In this document: positions 13,285-27,100 of the stretch, one piece after another | Numbering within the stretch: position 1 is the stretch's first letter | Layout: the number at the start of each line of letters is the position of its first letter | DNA from: Tubiluchus corallicola | Taxonomy: Eukaryota; Animalia; Priapulida | Reading direction: 5' to 3' | Assembly: GCA_030141605.1 (NCBI GenBank) | Contig: JAQGDQ010000004.1 | Coordinates: 558,001-622,000 of the forward strand | DNA: 64,000 nt | Notes under the pieces: generated by a model | What the model was told of the DNA's origin: nothing | Database searches by the model: none | Seen by the model: the letters and a program-made list of their open reading frames with translations, nothing else | Program-made: the position numbers and the translations under genes

Positions 13285-15199
13285 CTGAAATGAATAACAC
13301 AATAAGCACAAGGATAATAATGCTAACATAGGAACAATAGTCTAGACGCTAGACACGTAGTTAACTAGAATAATTTATTTGCTTCTTGCGAAAGTAAATT
13401 TTCAGTAAGTAATTCATTTGAGTATTAAAAGTAATAGTGAAGTTGCGTTAGACAGCATGTCAAAAGTTAAAAATGGTTACACAATTTTTATATTTTATAT
13501 GGATGTCACAACAGTGTTGCACAGAAAAACATATTACATGAAGAATTCCTCAGATTCTCGGTTTCCTCTTTTTTCACGGTATGGATGGAGTGACTGGAAT
13601 TATCTTGCAGAATGGCCGACCACCAAAACTTACCAGACAACACTATTAAGACCTGCCACCTTAGTGGCTTCAGTCCAACTGTTAGAAAGTGGCTGCATAA
13701 ATAGTACTTACTCAACATTAAAAGATAATGGTTTATTTTAATGTCAAAAAACACACTGTTCCAAGAGGAAAACATGTTAAATTTCTACTTCTAGTAGAAA
13801 TGGCAAACAAACATAGATTAGTACAAGTAAACAGGCATCAGGCATAAAAAGAAATTATTGTGGAAAAGGAAGCTAAATGTGCAATAAATCAGTATTTGAA
13901 AAATGAACATGGGGACACGTGTGTTAAAAAATGGAAGTAAAACAAAACTGCAATTTATGAGTAGCAAAGCAGGACACTGGGGTAAACCAACGAAAGTATT
14001 TTGTAGAATGCAGAGAAAAGACAGAAGTTAGTGACAGGAAACTAAACATAGTCAAAGTTAAAGCAAATTATCAAAATAAGTTTAAAGGAGATGCAGACCT
14101 GCCAACTCTCACACATTAGGCATGTGTCACACACACACACACATGTATCAAATTTCACAGTTGTCACGCATTCCACAAGTTCACACTCAAGTTTCAAAAT
14201 CAAATGGCTTCCTTTGTCATCAGCAGTGTCAGCTCTAGGTAGTTTAAAACCCAAGGCAAAAGTATTTTTAGTACCCCTCCTCAATGGTCAACCCATCCCC
14301 TAGTCCCAGCACACCTCCAAATTCTATTTTTCTTATATACTAGTACAATAAAGTATCATAGTATCTGTGTACTAGGCTGGTACGTGTATTATAGACCACT
14401 AATTATGTGTAGTCAGTTACCTATCTACAGTTTATATTGTATCTACGTAAACGAATAATTTTGAATTTATGACTCCTTTGTATGTCCTGGGTCTTCAGGA
14501 GCAATCAAATTTCTGGAATTTGACCTATTCTTGGCTAGATTTTCTCTCAGGATCAAAAAATTTTTGACACTCTAACCACTCTTTTTTACATATATGGACA
14601 TTTCACCAGTTTCATCATCTACATAACCACAATTCTGGTCTGGTTGCAAATATTCTGTTCATTGTCGCCAATCACCAAATTTTACCCCTTCATTTCCTGT
14701 ATTCTGCTCCTAAAGACAGCGATTCTTATCTAGGTTTATCTGCCATAATTACATAAATGCTATAGTAAGAAATTTTATAATTAACGTAACGGCACATTGA
14801 AGGTAAGTAGGAAAATACTTTATTTGTCTTTAAATTTGTACAAGATAAAGATAAACAAAAGCAAAAAATATAATAAAAAAGAAAATGGTCATTCACCCCT
14901 ATCCAAAATTAAAGAAAAATAAGTGACCTGTCAAGCAGTTATAGACAAATAATAATCAAGAATTTGAAAACAAAAGGGAAAATAAAGATAACTTGGCAAA
15001 AAATTAGTTCAAATGAGTTTAAAATTAAAATGGCAAACACTGTGAAAATTGTAAAACATTAAACTACAAATAATTCAGGCAACAATAAATAAATATGGCA
15101 AATGAAATGAAACAAAATTTGAATTAACAAACAAAACTAAATTTTTAATTTAAATCAAGAAACTTAATTTAACGAAAGAACAAAAGAAAAATTAACAAA

Positions 15200-17400
15200 A
15201 AAGTAAATATCAGAATTAACTAAGCCCTGAAAGTAGAAAATGGTTGAGAAGTGTCTTCGAGATGTAGAAACACAGCGCTACAAGACTAAATTAGGCTTGC
15301 ACTTAAGAGATAAATGCTTCCCAGAAAGGAGAAGCCGCTCACTATTCCAGCCAGCATTGGCCCGAATATAACAAAGTATTCTTCTCAGTCTTAGGCGATA
15401 GAAATTTCTAACACTAACTATACGCATAAACTTAATTATCCAAACAAAAGAATTATTTCGCATCTAACTTAGGCAATTTTCACATTTTAATCATTCCTTT
15501 CAACCATTTTTAGCGGGTCATGTTCTTCGTCATCATTTAATGGTAGCTACCCGGGAAACCATGCGAATAATCCCCGGCGGGTTGGCGACACAAAACAAAA
15601 GCAATCCGCATTCGGTACCCCTGCCGACATTCTAATAAAGCCGAGAATAGTCTTACAGTTTGGCAATTGCACAAAAATTCAGACCTATATAACAAAATAA
15701 ACAAATAACATAACACTAAAATGAAAATCAAATATATGAATCCAGAGATTGTAAATTAAAATAATGTTTAAACTAATAAAAATGTAAAGTGAAACAAAAT
15801 AACACATTTTCATTTATTCATTCGATTGTACATGTATCATTATACTGAATTATGATATTTTGTTATTTTATCATGCACTAAAATAAAAAATTGAACATGT
15901 ATCTTAAATCACCTTGATCTAGTTTATTTCTTTTAACCATCTTTTTAATTGTCTTGTTGATTTTTACTCTTTTAGTTTTCTGCCATTGGGTTATAACTAG
16001 TTTGTCAATCAACTCTTTTCTTGATCTATTAGTTTTGCCTTTTGTCTAATCTTGTCGCTGTCCAGTTCTTTTGATTTTTCTTTTTTCTTTCATTAATTTT
16101 TGAACTGTTTTTCCCTTACCAGCTTTTTCTTCTTATTGCTAGGAAATGTTTATCATGAATTTCTGTTGGTTAATCACTTTCGCACTTATAATAAAGTTCA
16201 TTTATTGTAAGTTCATTCTTTCAAATATTATCTAATTTACTGGCTTTAGTCAAATTATTAAACTTTGTATCAGGACCTTTTTATTTATTTTCATTATTTT
16301 GCTCCTGTTACTTTTATTTTCAGCTGTTTGCTCGTATTCCTCCACCTAGATAAATTCAGATACCATATCACGTTATGATTAGAGTAGTTTGCAGTCTGTT
16401 TGCCATTTTTAATTTGTATTCTCCTTAATGATAATTGTATACTTTATACCATCTTGATATTCTTGGCTAATCGATTTGTTTAGTTCAGGTTTACTTTTAT
16501 AGACCGTTTACTTTCATTTTGCTGTCTAGTCCATATTCCTCTGCAATTACTCATTTCATGAACTATTATTATATCTTCTTTTTCCAATAATTTTAGTAAT
16601 AATTATTGTTGTCTATCCACCTTACTTCTTCTTTATTGCGTTTTATTTTTCTCAACAATTTTTGCATCAAAATCGTCCAAGATCAAGTACTTCTGATTAT
16701 TCTACATTAACCATCCCCCAAATCTATTCTTCTGAAGCATTTTGTACACATCAAATTTCAAAGTGTCATTTTTAAAACATAAGTGTGTTTCTAATAACCC
16801 ATTCGCACTAGGTAGAATATCATTGAATACACTATAACAGAACTTTTGGCATTAACTCCTCTGCAATTGACAAACGTTCTTTTGAAGTTTTTGTAATATT
16901 TGACCATTTGGTCTTTTTTCCTAATTACATTGCTTATTTTCGTTTCGTCCATTGCAGGGACATATAACACCTGATGTCCCTTATTTCCCTTAATAAAAAA
17001 TTACAATATCAACGAGTTTATATACCGTCTATATCATCTGGTCCATGTTCTTGCTCATACTTCTTATTTTCTTACTCGGCATAATAATGACTGTATCTAC
17101 AGAAATTAACGTACTCACACTCACTGTTTGTTCGCCTAATTCTAATATATTTCAATCTGCCTTTCTTGATGTATACACCCTCTTCCTCTTTCAACATGTG
17201 TATCATGCAGTTTTACAGTATTTGTTTCTTGCATAAATGAGCCCGGTTTTTATTTCTGTTGTTGTCATTGTTATCCACCTTTCACTCCTGTAACTGGTTT
17301 TATTCTGTTCTTCACCTTCTGCTTTATATTGCCTTGCATGAATATAAATTGTAGTCGGCTGAACGTTCCGTATCCAAGCTCTCGTTATGTCGCTGAGATT
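15200..17400 (-). mobile_element. Heavily decayed non-LTR retrotransposon (knuckle-like ORF1 remnant, APE, RT start) in the SPC25 5'-UTR intron
   Basis: A-rich minus strand; FVNCRGVNAK...LLETHL (about 16780-16875) is APE-like; YRSEFLCNCQTVRLFSALLECR (15537-15731 ORF) resembles the RT-proximal YRPISL..KLF motif. Confidence 0.45.
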
Positions 17401-17441
17401 GGAAATATTGGTCGCTTAAAGCGGTGCCTTACTTCACTTAC

Positions 17442-17574
17442 CTTTTACAGCAAGTAGTATGGCGTTAGTTGACTGTTAAGTGTTAATATGTCGTGCGATT
17501 AAAATTATAATAGTCTGATTACATGATATCACGCAGAACGATGCGCATAATTTCTACAATAGACTAGGAAAAAT
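17442..17574. promoter_or_regulatory. Putative bidirectional promoter and non-coding first exon of SPC25, shared with PAR6
   Basis: Consensus minus-strand donor AAAAG|GTAAGT at 17442/17441; PAR6 ATG on + at 17575; local CpG enrichment. Confidence 0.55.
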
Positions 17575-20378
17575 ATGTCGAAGAATTCGAAAGATTCTGG
17601 AACATCTGCCGAAAAATTGGAGAGTGGTTTGTTAGAAGTGAAAAGCAAGGTATTACTATTACATGAATTTTTTTGTTTCTTATAATGTAATTCTATCCTT
17701 GATGTAGCGCCGCAGTTTTATTAATTCTTTTAATTAATGTGACGCCAGGATACGGGACGTCAGCGTAGAAGTACAGTTAAAGTGTACTGATCAAAATCAC
17801 ATTTAAACAGTATCACTGTCAGACAATCAGTGTTTTCTAAAACCAATATTTTTAAATATTTTTAGTTTGATGCCGAATTTAGAAGGTTTTCCATTGACAA
17901 AGCAAAGGTGACGACATTTGAGGGCTTTCACAAAAAAGTAGAAAGGATTCATTCGTTGAAGGAAATCCCATTTACAATATGTTACACTGATCCGATTCAC
18001 GGAGATTTGCTTCCAATAAATAACGATGATAACTTCCGAGCATCTCTAGAAAGATCCAAACTTTTACTCAGGCTATTAGTGCAAAGGAAAGGTGAGGCAT
18101 TTATAGTTTTTAGGATTTTAACTAAGCTTTCAATTGCTGTTCAATATTTTTTTGCAAGTATTATCGCTCCAAGCACAAGAATAAATTTAATTGTCCTTCT
18201 AAAAGTTCAATAACATACCATACTTTTTATCCCCACACAAGTTGTGATGTCATGTAATGACTCTAGGATTTATATGCAGTAATGCTTCATAATATAGAAT
18301 TGTTTGATTATATGCAGCAACACAATCAAGTGAGTAATGTCGTTTTGTAGCATTGTCTTAGCAGAAGAGTCTTTAGCCTGCTTCATTGAATATGACAGAA
18401 GTTTTAAAGTTGATTAAATTATATTTCTTAAATTAAAAGGCATAATCATTTTTTATTAGTGATTAAAGTTTTTCGTCCCAATTTTTCCAAGAAAAGGCTT
18501 GGAATGAAATTAGCAAATTATCTGACTATTCAACACTGGTGTGCAATCTTTATCTAATCAAAATGAATGTAGAATTAATGAGAGCAAAACTGTCTTTTTT
18601 TATAGTTTTTCATATCACTTATACAAATTTGTGAAAGGGCTTTTTAATGTTTTGTTAACCTCCATTTTCAATGTAAATGTGAATGTAAACATTGACTCTA
18701 ACAGACGAGAAAACATAAATGTGTTTTGCAGCACCGATGCATTAAATTTTTTCTAGCAAACAGAATAATTCTGCTGTTGGCCATTGTGGGCGCAATTTGC
18801 CACACATGTAACAGATCTTGTGTATTATAATAGGAAATTATAAAAATGTATTTACAGTTTTCATTTTTCTTAGGGTTTTTACAGAACAGGAACTAGATCC
18901 GGTTTCAGTACCAGAACTAGTGGTTTTGGTTTTGATCTGGTTCAGATAAGTGCCAGAGCAGTACTTTTTTAAAGCCAATCACAAGATTCATAAAATTTTA
19001 CTCAAAATGTTCAGTGCAGCTCAATCAATGCATGCAATCATTAGTAATAAATCAGCGCTGTTGAAATCTGCAACTTTCTTCAAAATATTTAAATAAATAT
19101 TTAGTCTTAGGAAAAAATACAAAGTTCGCATCTGTGAGACGCCATTATAATAAATCCTCACTGAAATTAAATGACGACAATACCCGAAGAGTACGGTGGA
19201 AGCCGATGTTTGCGTCCATAGTAACGACCTTGTAACAGCTCAAAAATGTGCATCGCGAACAAGTTGTGGTTTAAAAAGTTTTTGTAATGTGCAAGGAAAA
19301 CAACAGTTTTGCTGTATCTTAGTTTGCAGTGGAAAGTATAGTAGAAGGGCGATGGGAAAATCTGGGGGTGTGTTTGGCACATGACTGTAAATATGACTGT
19401 AAAGTCAACTACCTTGTGGGATGATAGAGCTAGATGCATTTGTAATGTCTGTATATTCCATTTTTGGCACATCGGTTTTAATGAAGCATCTGCGAAGATA
19501 GGTTTGCCTGTGCTCAAGACTAACAAGCACTGTTCATCTGCATTAATCTCTCGAAACACTTTTGTCTGTTTCGGCCTTGTTCAGATCCGAGATTCAGTTA
19601 GAGTTCTGGTCCGGTACAGTTCCGGTTACCTAGATGTCCATAACAACCCTAATTTTGCTCATATGTTTTGTACAAATCTGGTCTTCAAACAAAAAGAGAT
19701 TTTAGTTTCCCCTTCAAATAATAGGCATTTGTTGGCTTTTCAGGAGACGATATTGGTCTCGTGGATGGATATGGTACAAATCTAAAGAAGCCAGGGAAGC
19801 TTGGCAAGGTTGTCCGAACTCCGGCTAAAAAACCACTCATACACATTAGCATGCCGGAAGATTTCCGTCGTGTGTCTGCCATCATTGACGTTGACATTGT
19901 TCCTGAAACTCAACGAAGAGTTAGACTAATAAAACATGGATCAGACAAGCCACTTGGCTTTTATATTCGTGATGGTATCAGTGTTAGAGTAACCCCACAA
20001 GGTTTGGAAAAAGTACCAGGTATTTTCATATCGCGACTTGTCCCTGGAGGACTCGCTGAAGGCACTGGTCTTCTTGCTGTTAATGATGAGGTCCTAGAGG
20101 TAAATGGGATCGAAGTTGCTGGTAAGACCCTTGATCAGGTCACTGATATGATGGTAGCCAACAGCTCAAATTTAATTGTGACTGTTAAACCTGTGAATCA
20201 GAAGTTCAACACGATCCCCCGTGGTTCACCTAGCCGATCGTCTAACGTCTCATCTGCTTCGTATCATTCGGCCACGCAGCTCCTTCAGAGTGAAGACGAT
20301 GATGACGAAGACGAGGTTAAAGAATATCAACAAGCTGAAGGTGGCGAAGAAGCTGAAGCTGCTGTAGTTACATTGTAA
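17575..20378 (+). CDS. PARD6: Partitioning defective 6 (PB1, semi-CRIB, PDZ), about 311 aa, 3 exons
   Basis: Exons 17575-17649, 17866-18091, 19744-20378. EVKSK|FDAEFRRF and [17 protein letters not shown] (PB1), [22 protein letters not shown] (semi-CRIB), [10 protein letters not shown]...[13 protein letters not shown] (PDZ), C-terminal VVTL. Confidence 0.96.
18871..19651. mobile_element. hAT-type MITE in PAR6 intron 2
   Basis: Termini tagggtt...aacccta with subterminal atccgg/ccggtt motifs; 8-bp flanks atttttct / attttgct (7 of 8 match). Confidence 0.7.
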
Positions 20379-23300
20379 AGTATGTCATGCTTAGTTTTCA
20401 GTTGCTTCACTTGCAAGAATGCTTTGTACTGTAATGTCAGCTGTTATTGTGTATCCTTAATTATTGTAGATGGAATGGGTTTCTTTAGCATTCAGAATTG
20501 CAGATGTCATTATAAAAGAAGATTATCAGCATTTCTGGTACTTTCTGAGACTTATGCAGTGCCTATCATATTGTTAATGTAATTATTAATTTACTCAATG
20601 GAACTCAACAGCCATTGTGCATAGGCTTATAAACTTGAAAACTAATGTCAATCAAAGAAAATTTTATTTATTGCGTAGAATTAATAATACAGATTCGTTG
20701 TACTATGGTGTTTCTGTTTGGTGTACATAAGGATCCGTCCTTAGCAATTGTCTTTATAGTTGCAATCATTGTGGGTGTGATTAACTATTTTAACTTTACT
20801 CATCACAAATGTGATATAAATTTACTTTATGCTCAACCTTTTCCTGTTAATACATTCCATTTTCTTTGATTGTGAAGATTGGGTGGCAGCTACCATTTCA
20901 TGTGATACTATAAACTATGGTTCGCGTTCTTACTATTGTGTGTATGGCGTTTGCACCTGTTTACATTATATACAGTTTATTTTTAATAAGTTGCTCTTAG
21001 GTTGTGAGTCATTGAACAATTGATTAAATGTTTTAATTTGAAAAATATTTTAATTTTATATCTGGACGGATAGTTGCACTTAAATTGTTAGGCCTATAAG
21101 GCTTAACTATTATAAATTATTGTTACTGTTTATTGCACAAAATTATTATGGCGAGAAATTAAATTCTAAAAAGTAACACTGTAAATTGAAGTATCAAAAG
21201 AAAACAGAAAATGGGTACTAGGATACTAACAATACAACATTTAGTATCCCTACTGCAATTTAGTAAATGGAAAATTGTAGCTTCTTGTCAGTTGGCAAAT
21301 AGAGCTACTTTTGCTTCACATTTGCTTCACAAAGCCAAGAAATTGTGAAACATAACTACTTTATAAAATTAATGTCTGCTCTTTAGTTTCAATGCATTTT
21401 AAACTTTGTTGATTAATGTTAACTATGACTGATAATTATATATGCAGGTATGAGTTTGTAATTTGCAAATAAAGTTTTGATACTTTTTCATTAGGTAGTC
21501 TGTTAGGTGAATACATGTAGGTGTATGTGCCTTTATTGCGAGTTGTAGTGACATCGCATTTTTAACCGTCTTTTTACAAGGACAAATCAGCTTTTTATTT
21601 AGGATTTAGTTACTTGTACATCTCATAACATACCCGGATCATTACTAATGTATCATAACTGATGTTATCTAAGTTGATTGTGCTGTTAGTTTGAAAAATT
21701 GGATTTTATACTTGTGAACTGTAAAATGTATATTATTTTTCCTATCTTATAGATCAATAGATTTAGATAAATTTCTTGAATGCATTTTGGAAAATTTAAT
21801 GATAACCGTCCAAATACTTCTATAGCGTTGCAATTAATTGTGTATAGTAATATGATTGATATATTGTTTGCAACAAGTACTGTTAACTTCAGCAAACTTC
21901 GTAGTTGTTGCCTAAATAAGCTATTGGTTGGGCAAATATATTTTTGGCAGTACAGTATTTTCTAATTATGGTACCCTGAGTCGTACACGGGAAGTTTTTC
22001 GGCCTACTGGATTAAGTTAGCACATAAGTTTATGATGTAAATGAGTAAAATAGTGTTTTTTACAAGTGCATCACTTTGTGTTTTGCATTTGTTTGGCGTA
22101 ATATTGACTGTGATGCATCTGTTTTTAATGCAGTGGATTTTTTTTAGATTGCTTTAATTGTATACTGTATTTCTGACATAAACCCATAATGGAGTGCAAA
22201 ACGTGAATTTTAGGGTATGCTATAGTGTTGCGAAATTTGGTCTTAAGTGTGTCGATTAAAAATTAAACAATGTCACAATTTTTACAACCCCCAACTTTCT
22301 AGTTGGGCATTTTTTGCTGTATCACCTGTTCACCAAAACTAATTTATACTTTATTTTGCAAATTTGTTTGTGTACCATCTTGTAAATGTACATAATGTGC
22401 ATTTATTTTCTATTGCAAATTATAGTAAATGACATTTTTTGACAGTAACATATTTAATAGTGTATGCGCATGCGTAAGTCCTATATGTCTTTGCTTAGTT
22501 GGTGTACTGGTGCTCTGGGTTCTGCTTTGCCAAAACAATCATGTCTTTAAGGGGCCATGTTTTTTTATTAATCAGTGTTATAGTATATTATCTTTTATTA
22601 AGAAAAACTAATATGAAGACATTACATTACGTTCAGTTGTTTTTACTTTTATTTGTTTAATCAATGTTATAAAAAACAAAACTTACATTACAAGTGTTGT
22701 TATGTAAAGAAATTTCGTAAAATAATGATAAAAATTCATAATAGAATGAATTTTTAAATCATGTAAAGCGAAGTGGTGCTGACAAGCCACTGGCTTTACA
22801 CTGGTCAGTGTTTGTTGAACTGCTGTGCTTACCTGTCTTGAAGTCTGATTTCTTTTATAATACAATTCTGATTGCCCAATGAACAGTAGACATAACATTT
22901 ATTTCAAGATGGTGACAGACAGAGGAACACCTAGTATGAAAATCCTCTGCAGAAAAAACATTCGTTCCACTTACAATGTTGCAACTATCACAGTAGTGAC
23001 GTCAATAATTTTGTGATAGTAGTCTAATGATCATTATTTCGTTAATTAAGTCTTTTGTACTTTGGACAGACTTTGAATGACAGAAAGTTCAATATGCACA
23101 AGAGTTCCAGGAAGGTATATTAAACTCAGTCACTCAAGGCTTTGACTTTTCCTGGCTGGGTTTTGTCCTGCATACTGTATTCTGTGTCCTGACAACTTTG
23201 TATAATATTAACATAACTAATCCATAGAATAATTATAACAATATTTTGGCAATTCCTGTTAATGCACTAAGATGAAGTTCTAGACCCAAGCTTCAAAAAA

Positions 23301-24134
23301 GACGATAATTGTTTGAAAATATCAAAACAAATTGCATTGGAAATCGCCACTCACCAGGAAATTAAAGCTTTTGTACCCTTGCAACACTGGTACTTTCCTA
23401 CTCTTGCAACACTGGTAAAGTCTATAGCCTTCTATATTATAAAACATTAATTTAAAAAAATGACTAGACAAATAGTAAGGCACATCATGTTAATTTCAGT
23501 GAGCTAAATTATTTAAAAAAATTGTAGAAAAAGTAGTTTATAGCAAAAAAAGTCAATAACAAGGAAACTTCACACTATGTGAAAACATGTATGTATGTGA
23601 TGTATCGTAAGGAAATGTGGTGTCTATAGGCACTAACACAGGTACTTTTCTTTGTTATACATGCATTCACAAATAATGAACTATACAATTATGGTACATT
23701 TTGCTACTGATTTACTACATACAATTATCTGTTGCTTATTATTTCTGTGAGCCTACATTCTTCCAGTTCACTAAAAGGGGAAAAGAGGTAGGTTGCTTGA
23801 ACATATGTAGACGAATTTGTTTCATTAAAAACAGCAAAATAGTTGTAATACTGTAATAAAACTAAAACCAAATTTTTATGTGTTGACCTGTCAGTACTGT
23901 ATGCAGATGAGCGATGGTAAAATAAATAATTAAATTTTTTGCCTAAATCAATTTAGTTTTTGTGCACATTCCTAACTAGAGACTAAAACTACAAATATTA
24001 GGGAAATAATCTACATTCACTCAATCACAAAAATCAAAGATACTCGACAATTGATTATCACATAATCTCATAATGTAGCCACCATTCTCTTTGAAAAACG
24101 CTATCAAAATGGGAAATCTATGTTCATCGTACGG

Positions 24135-27100
24135 CTATAAGTTCATACTTTCTTCTACACAATTCTTCACAGAATCAGATTTGTGAACTGCCTGAGGTTC
24201 TCCACTTTCTGTGTTTGTATCATTATTTTGCGCTTGTTTTCTGGAAATAATCAATGAATGTTTGTTTTAAAAACTGATTATCCATTGTTTTATTGTGAAA
24301 CAGCACTACGAGTTGGCCAATGGCTTTTTCATTCAATTTCAATTTTTGTCTTCCTTGTGTCTTTCATTTTGATTTTAAAGCAAAGCTGAAAATTTTGATT
24401 CACATTTCAATACTTCAAGAAAGTTAGGCTAATGCAGCGCCATACCTATGAGAAATTGAGATGGTGCTCCATTCTGGGGAACACTTTTGCTCTATTGCAT
24501 TAAAAAAAGTTGTAATTCTTTTGGGATAGCAGAAGGATACAAGAACGCCTGGCATGTTGCTTTGGTCTTCTAAAAAACCTCTAGTAAAGTAAACGGTCAA
24601 ACCTACGTTTTTGATTCTACCAACTCTCAATATTTTATACACATCAAATGTAAGAAAGGAAAAGCCATACCACTAGAAAGTAAACACTACAAAGAAATTT
24701 AATAAAATACTTTACTGCCACACGTGTGATGACAATGTCATCTGTTTTCTTTATGCAGACTGAGCATGACCACTACAATAAAAAGTTACTATTTTAAGTT
24801 TATCAAAATAAAATAGTATGGATGTGAGCAACAGAACCCCGCTGAAAATGGGGTGCAAAAACACTGCGACTACCTGTCCTTTTCTGCGTTTAAATGATTA
24901 TTTGCCTGCTGTAAGCAGATGTCATCTGATTAATCACTTGAATGTCACTCACTTTTTAATATATATATTGCCCAATTATAATATTAATTACAATTTATTT
25001 GGGCATGTTTTCAGTCAAGCACTGGTATTGTTGTCATAATGAGTTTCTCCATTATTTAGTATAGGCAAAAATGAGAGTCAACAAATGTTAAATATTTTTG
25101 TAGTGCAATTAAGCTGGTTTTGAAATTTATTGTTGTTGTGGAATAATGGCCTTATATAAGTGAGTGACCGACTTAATTTACTAAATAAAAACACATAGCG
25201 ACTAAATTCACTAAATAAATAATAACTGCCTGCTGACGATTTTCTTCCTATAATTCGGCAATGCAACAAAGCAATCAAAGACAAGACATAGGTTAAGTGA
25301 CCAATGGGAGCGGTACACTGTATCTTCTATATTTACCGGGTGTGATTACATCCCATTACTGGTATTCACGTGACCATGAAGTATTTCCGGTGGCCGAGCA
25401 TTTTAAAATGAAGTTTACTTAGCACCCAATTTTGATGGAAAGCATTTGTGTTGTTAGATGAGGGGTTATTGAAAAAAGTTTCATTGATAGCATAATACTT
25501 ATTAAAGTTGTAAGTAAGGGTTACAATGAAAACATATCAAAAACTGCAAAATCATTTTTCGTAAACATTTATATATACCAAGCAGGCAGTGACCAAGCAT
25601 TTTTTCAGTTAAACAAAACCTACTTTTTGCAACCACAGTTCAAGAATGGCTGTCCTTTGCCAAAGTTCTCTGCCTCTTCGATAGTTTCTGGCAAATTTTC
25701 GTTGAGTGTTTCAGGTAATGCTAAAGACAGCAACCCAGCTATCAACATGATTACACCCATGCCAAATACAGGTAATTTCTGATATTCGTAGCCCTAGATT
25801 AAATACAACACACTTTTACATTCTAAACACAATCCCATACTTCAACTAATGCATTTGTCACAGCGAAATATTTAATGCCACCAAAATGAATTTGCATAAT
25901 AAACATATATGTATAAGTAAAACCATTAAATGTTTTTGAATTTAGCACAGACAATTATGAATATGGAGTCTGAAACTCCAAAATGTAAATAAAATGTTGT
26001 TTATGTATATTAGTTTTACAGTTATTGTGCATTACACCTTGTTACATTAATTTTTGAAAAAAGTGTCTTTTTTACGGTTGTTGTGAAAGTATTAAGATTA
26101 CAAAGCATTACGAATCTAAAGAGTAAAAGAAAGTATCGTTGCTATTTTTAGGCAAAAACATTTAAATAAACACCCTACAAACATGCAGCAAAACTAGAAG
26201 CAAAACTAAGCTAGTAAACACAGCAAGCTTAGATTAGAAAGTGTGCTTTGTAAAGCTAGTAGTGTCAACAATTAAGATAAAATCAAATCAAATGTTTTTA
26301 GCAGTTATTCTTTGAAAAAGAAAAAAATAAATAGAAAGAAGGAATGTATGCAAAATTAACCTTCAGATATAATAACTGCAATAAAAACTGCATTTACAAT
26401 GGTAGAAAAAAGTTAGACTCATATTAGATACTGGAAATTAAGGACCAATGCAGATATGCAACTTTTAATTGCGCAACTGACACTACAGAGCTTGAACAGG
26501 TTGTATGTATTTGCACATTATAAATTTATAAAAAGACAAGTAGACATCGGAAACACTAAATCCACCCAATAACTAGCTACTGAAAGGCGATTTTAAAAGG
26601 TCCATCACAACATACAGGCTCATCTGAATGACTCACTTTTTTATTTACTATAGGACGGCAGCAAATAGTTTTGATGAACTGATGCGTATTTTTGGGCCGT
26701 ACTTTATCTTTCTTGATGTCAAGTAGAAAAAACGTTACCTCAGAGAAATGAATCTCATCTTTGGTCTTCTCTTACTGCACTCTTATGTAAGCTTATGGGG
26801 GCATGTTTTATAACAATCTATGCAATATTGAAGTTTACTCATGTAGCAATTGCACAGCAAGAACAAAAGTTGCATAAAAATATGAATAAAATATGAATAA
26901 ACTCGAAATCGAAATACCAATCTTGTTCAGTTTAAAGAGAACGTTGTATTATTTAGTCGTGTGAATTTAATACAACTTACAGTTTATATTCTTTGGAGGG
27001 CATGCAGTCCATGAACCTAATTTGATTTCTAAAGCAAGTAGCATTGACACATGAGGTTACTAGAGCAGAGTATGGTAACTGAAGTGACTGACCACTCAAC

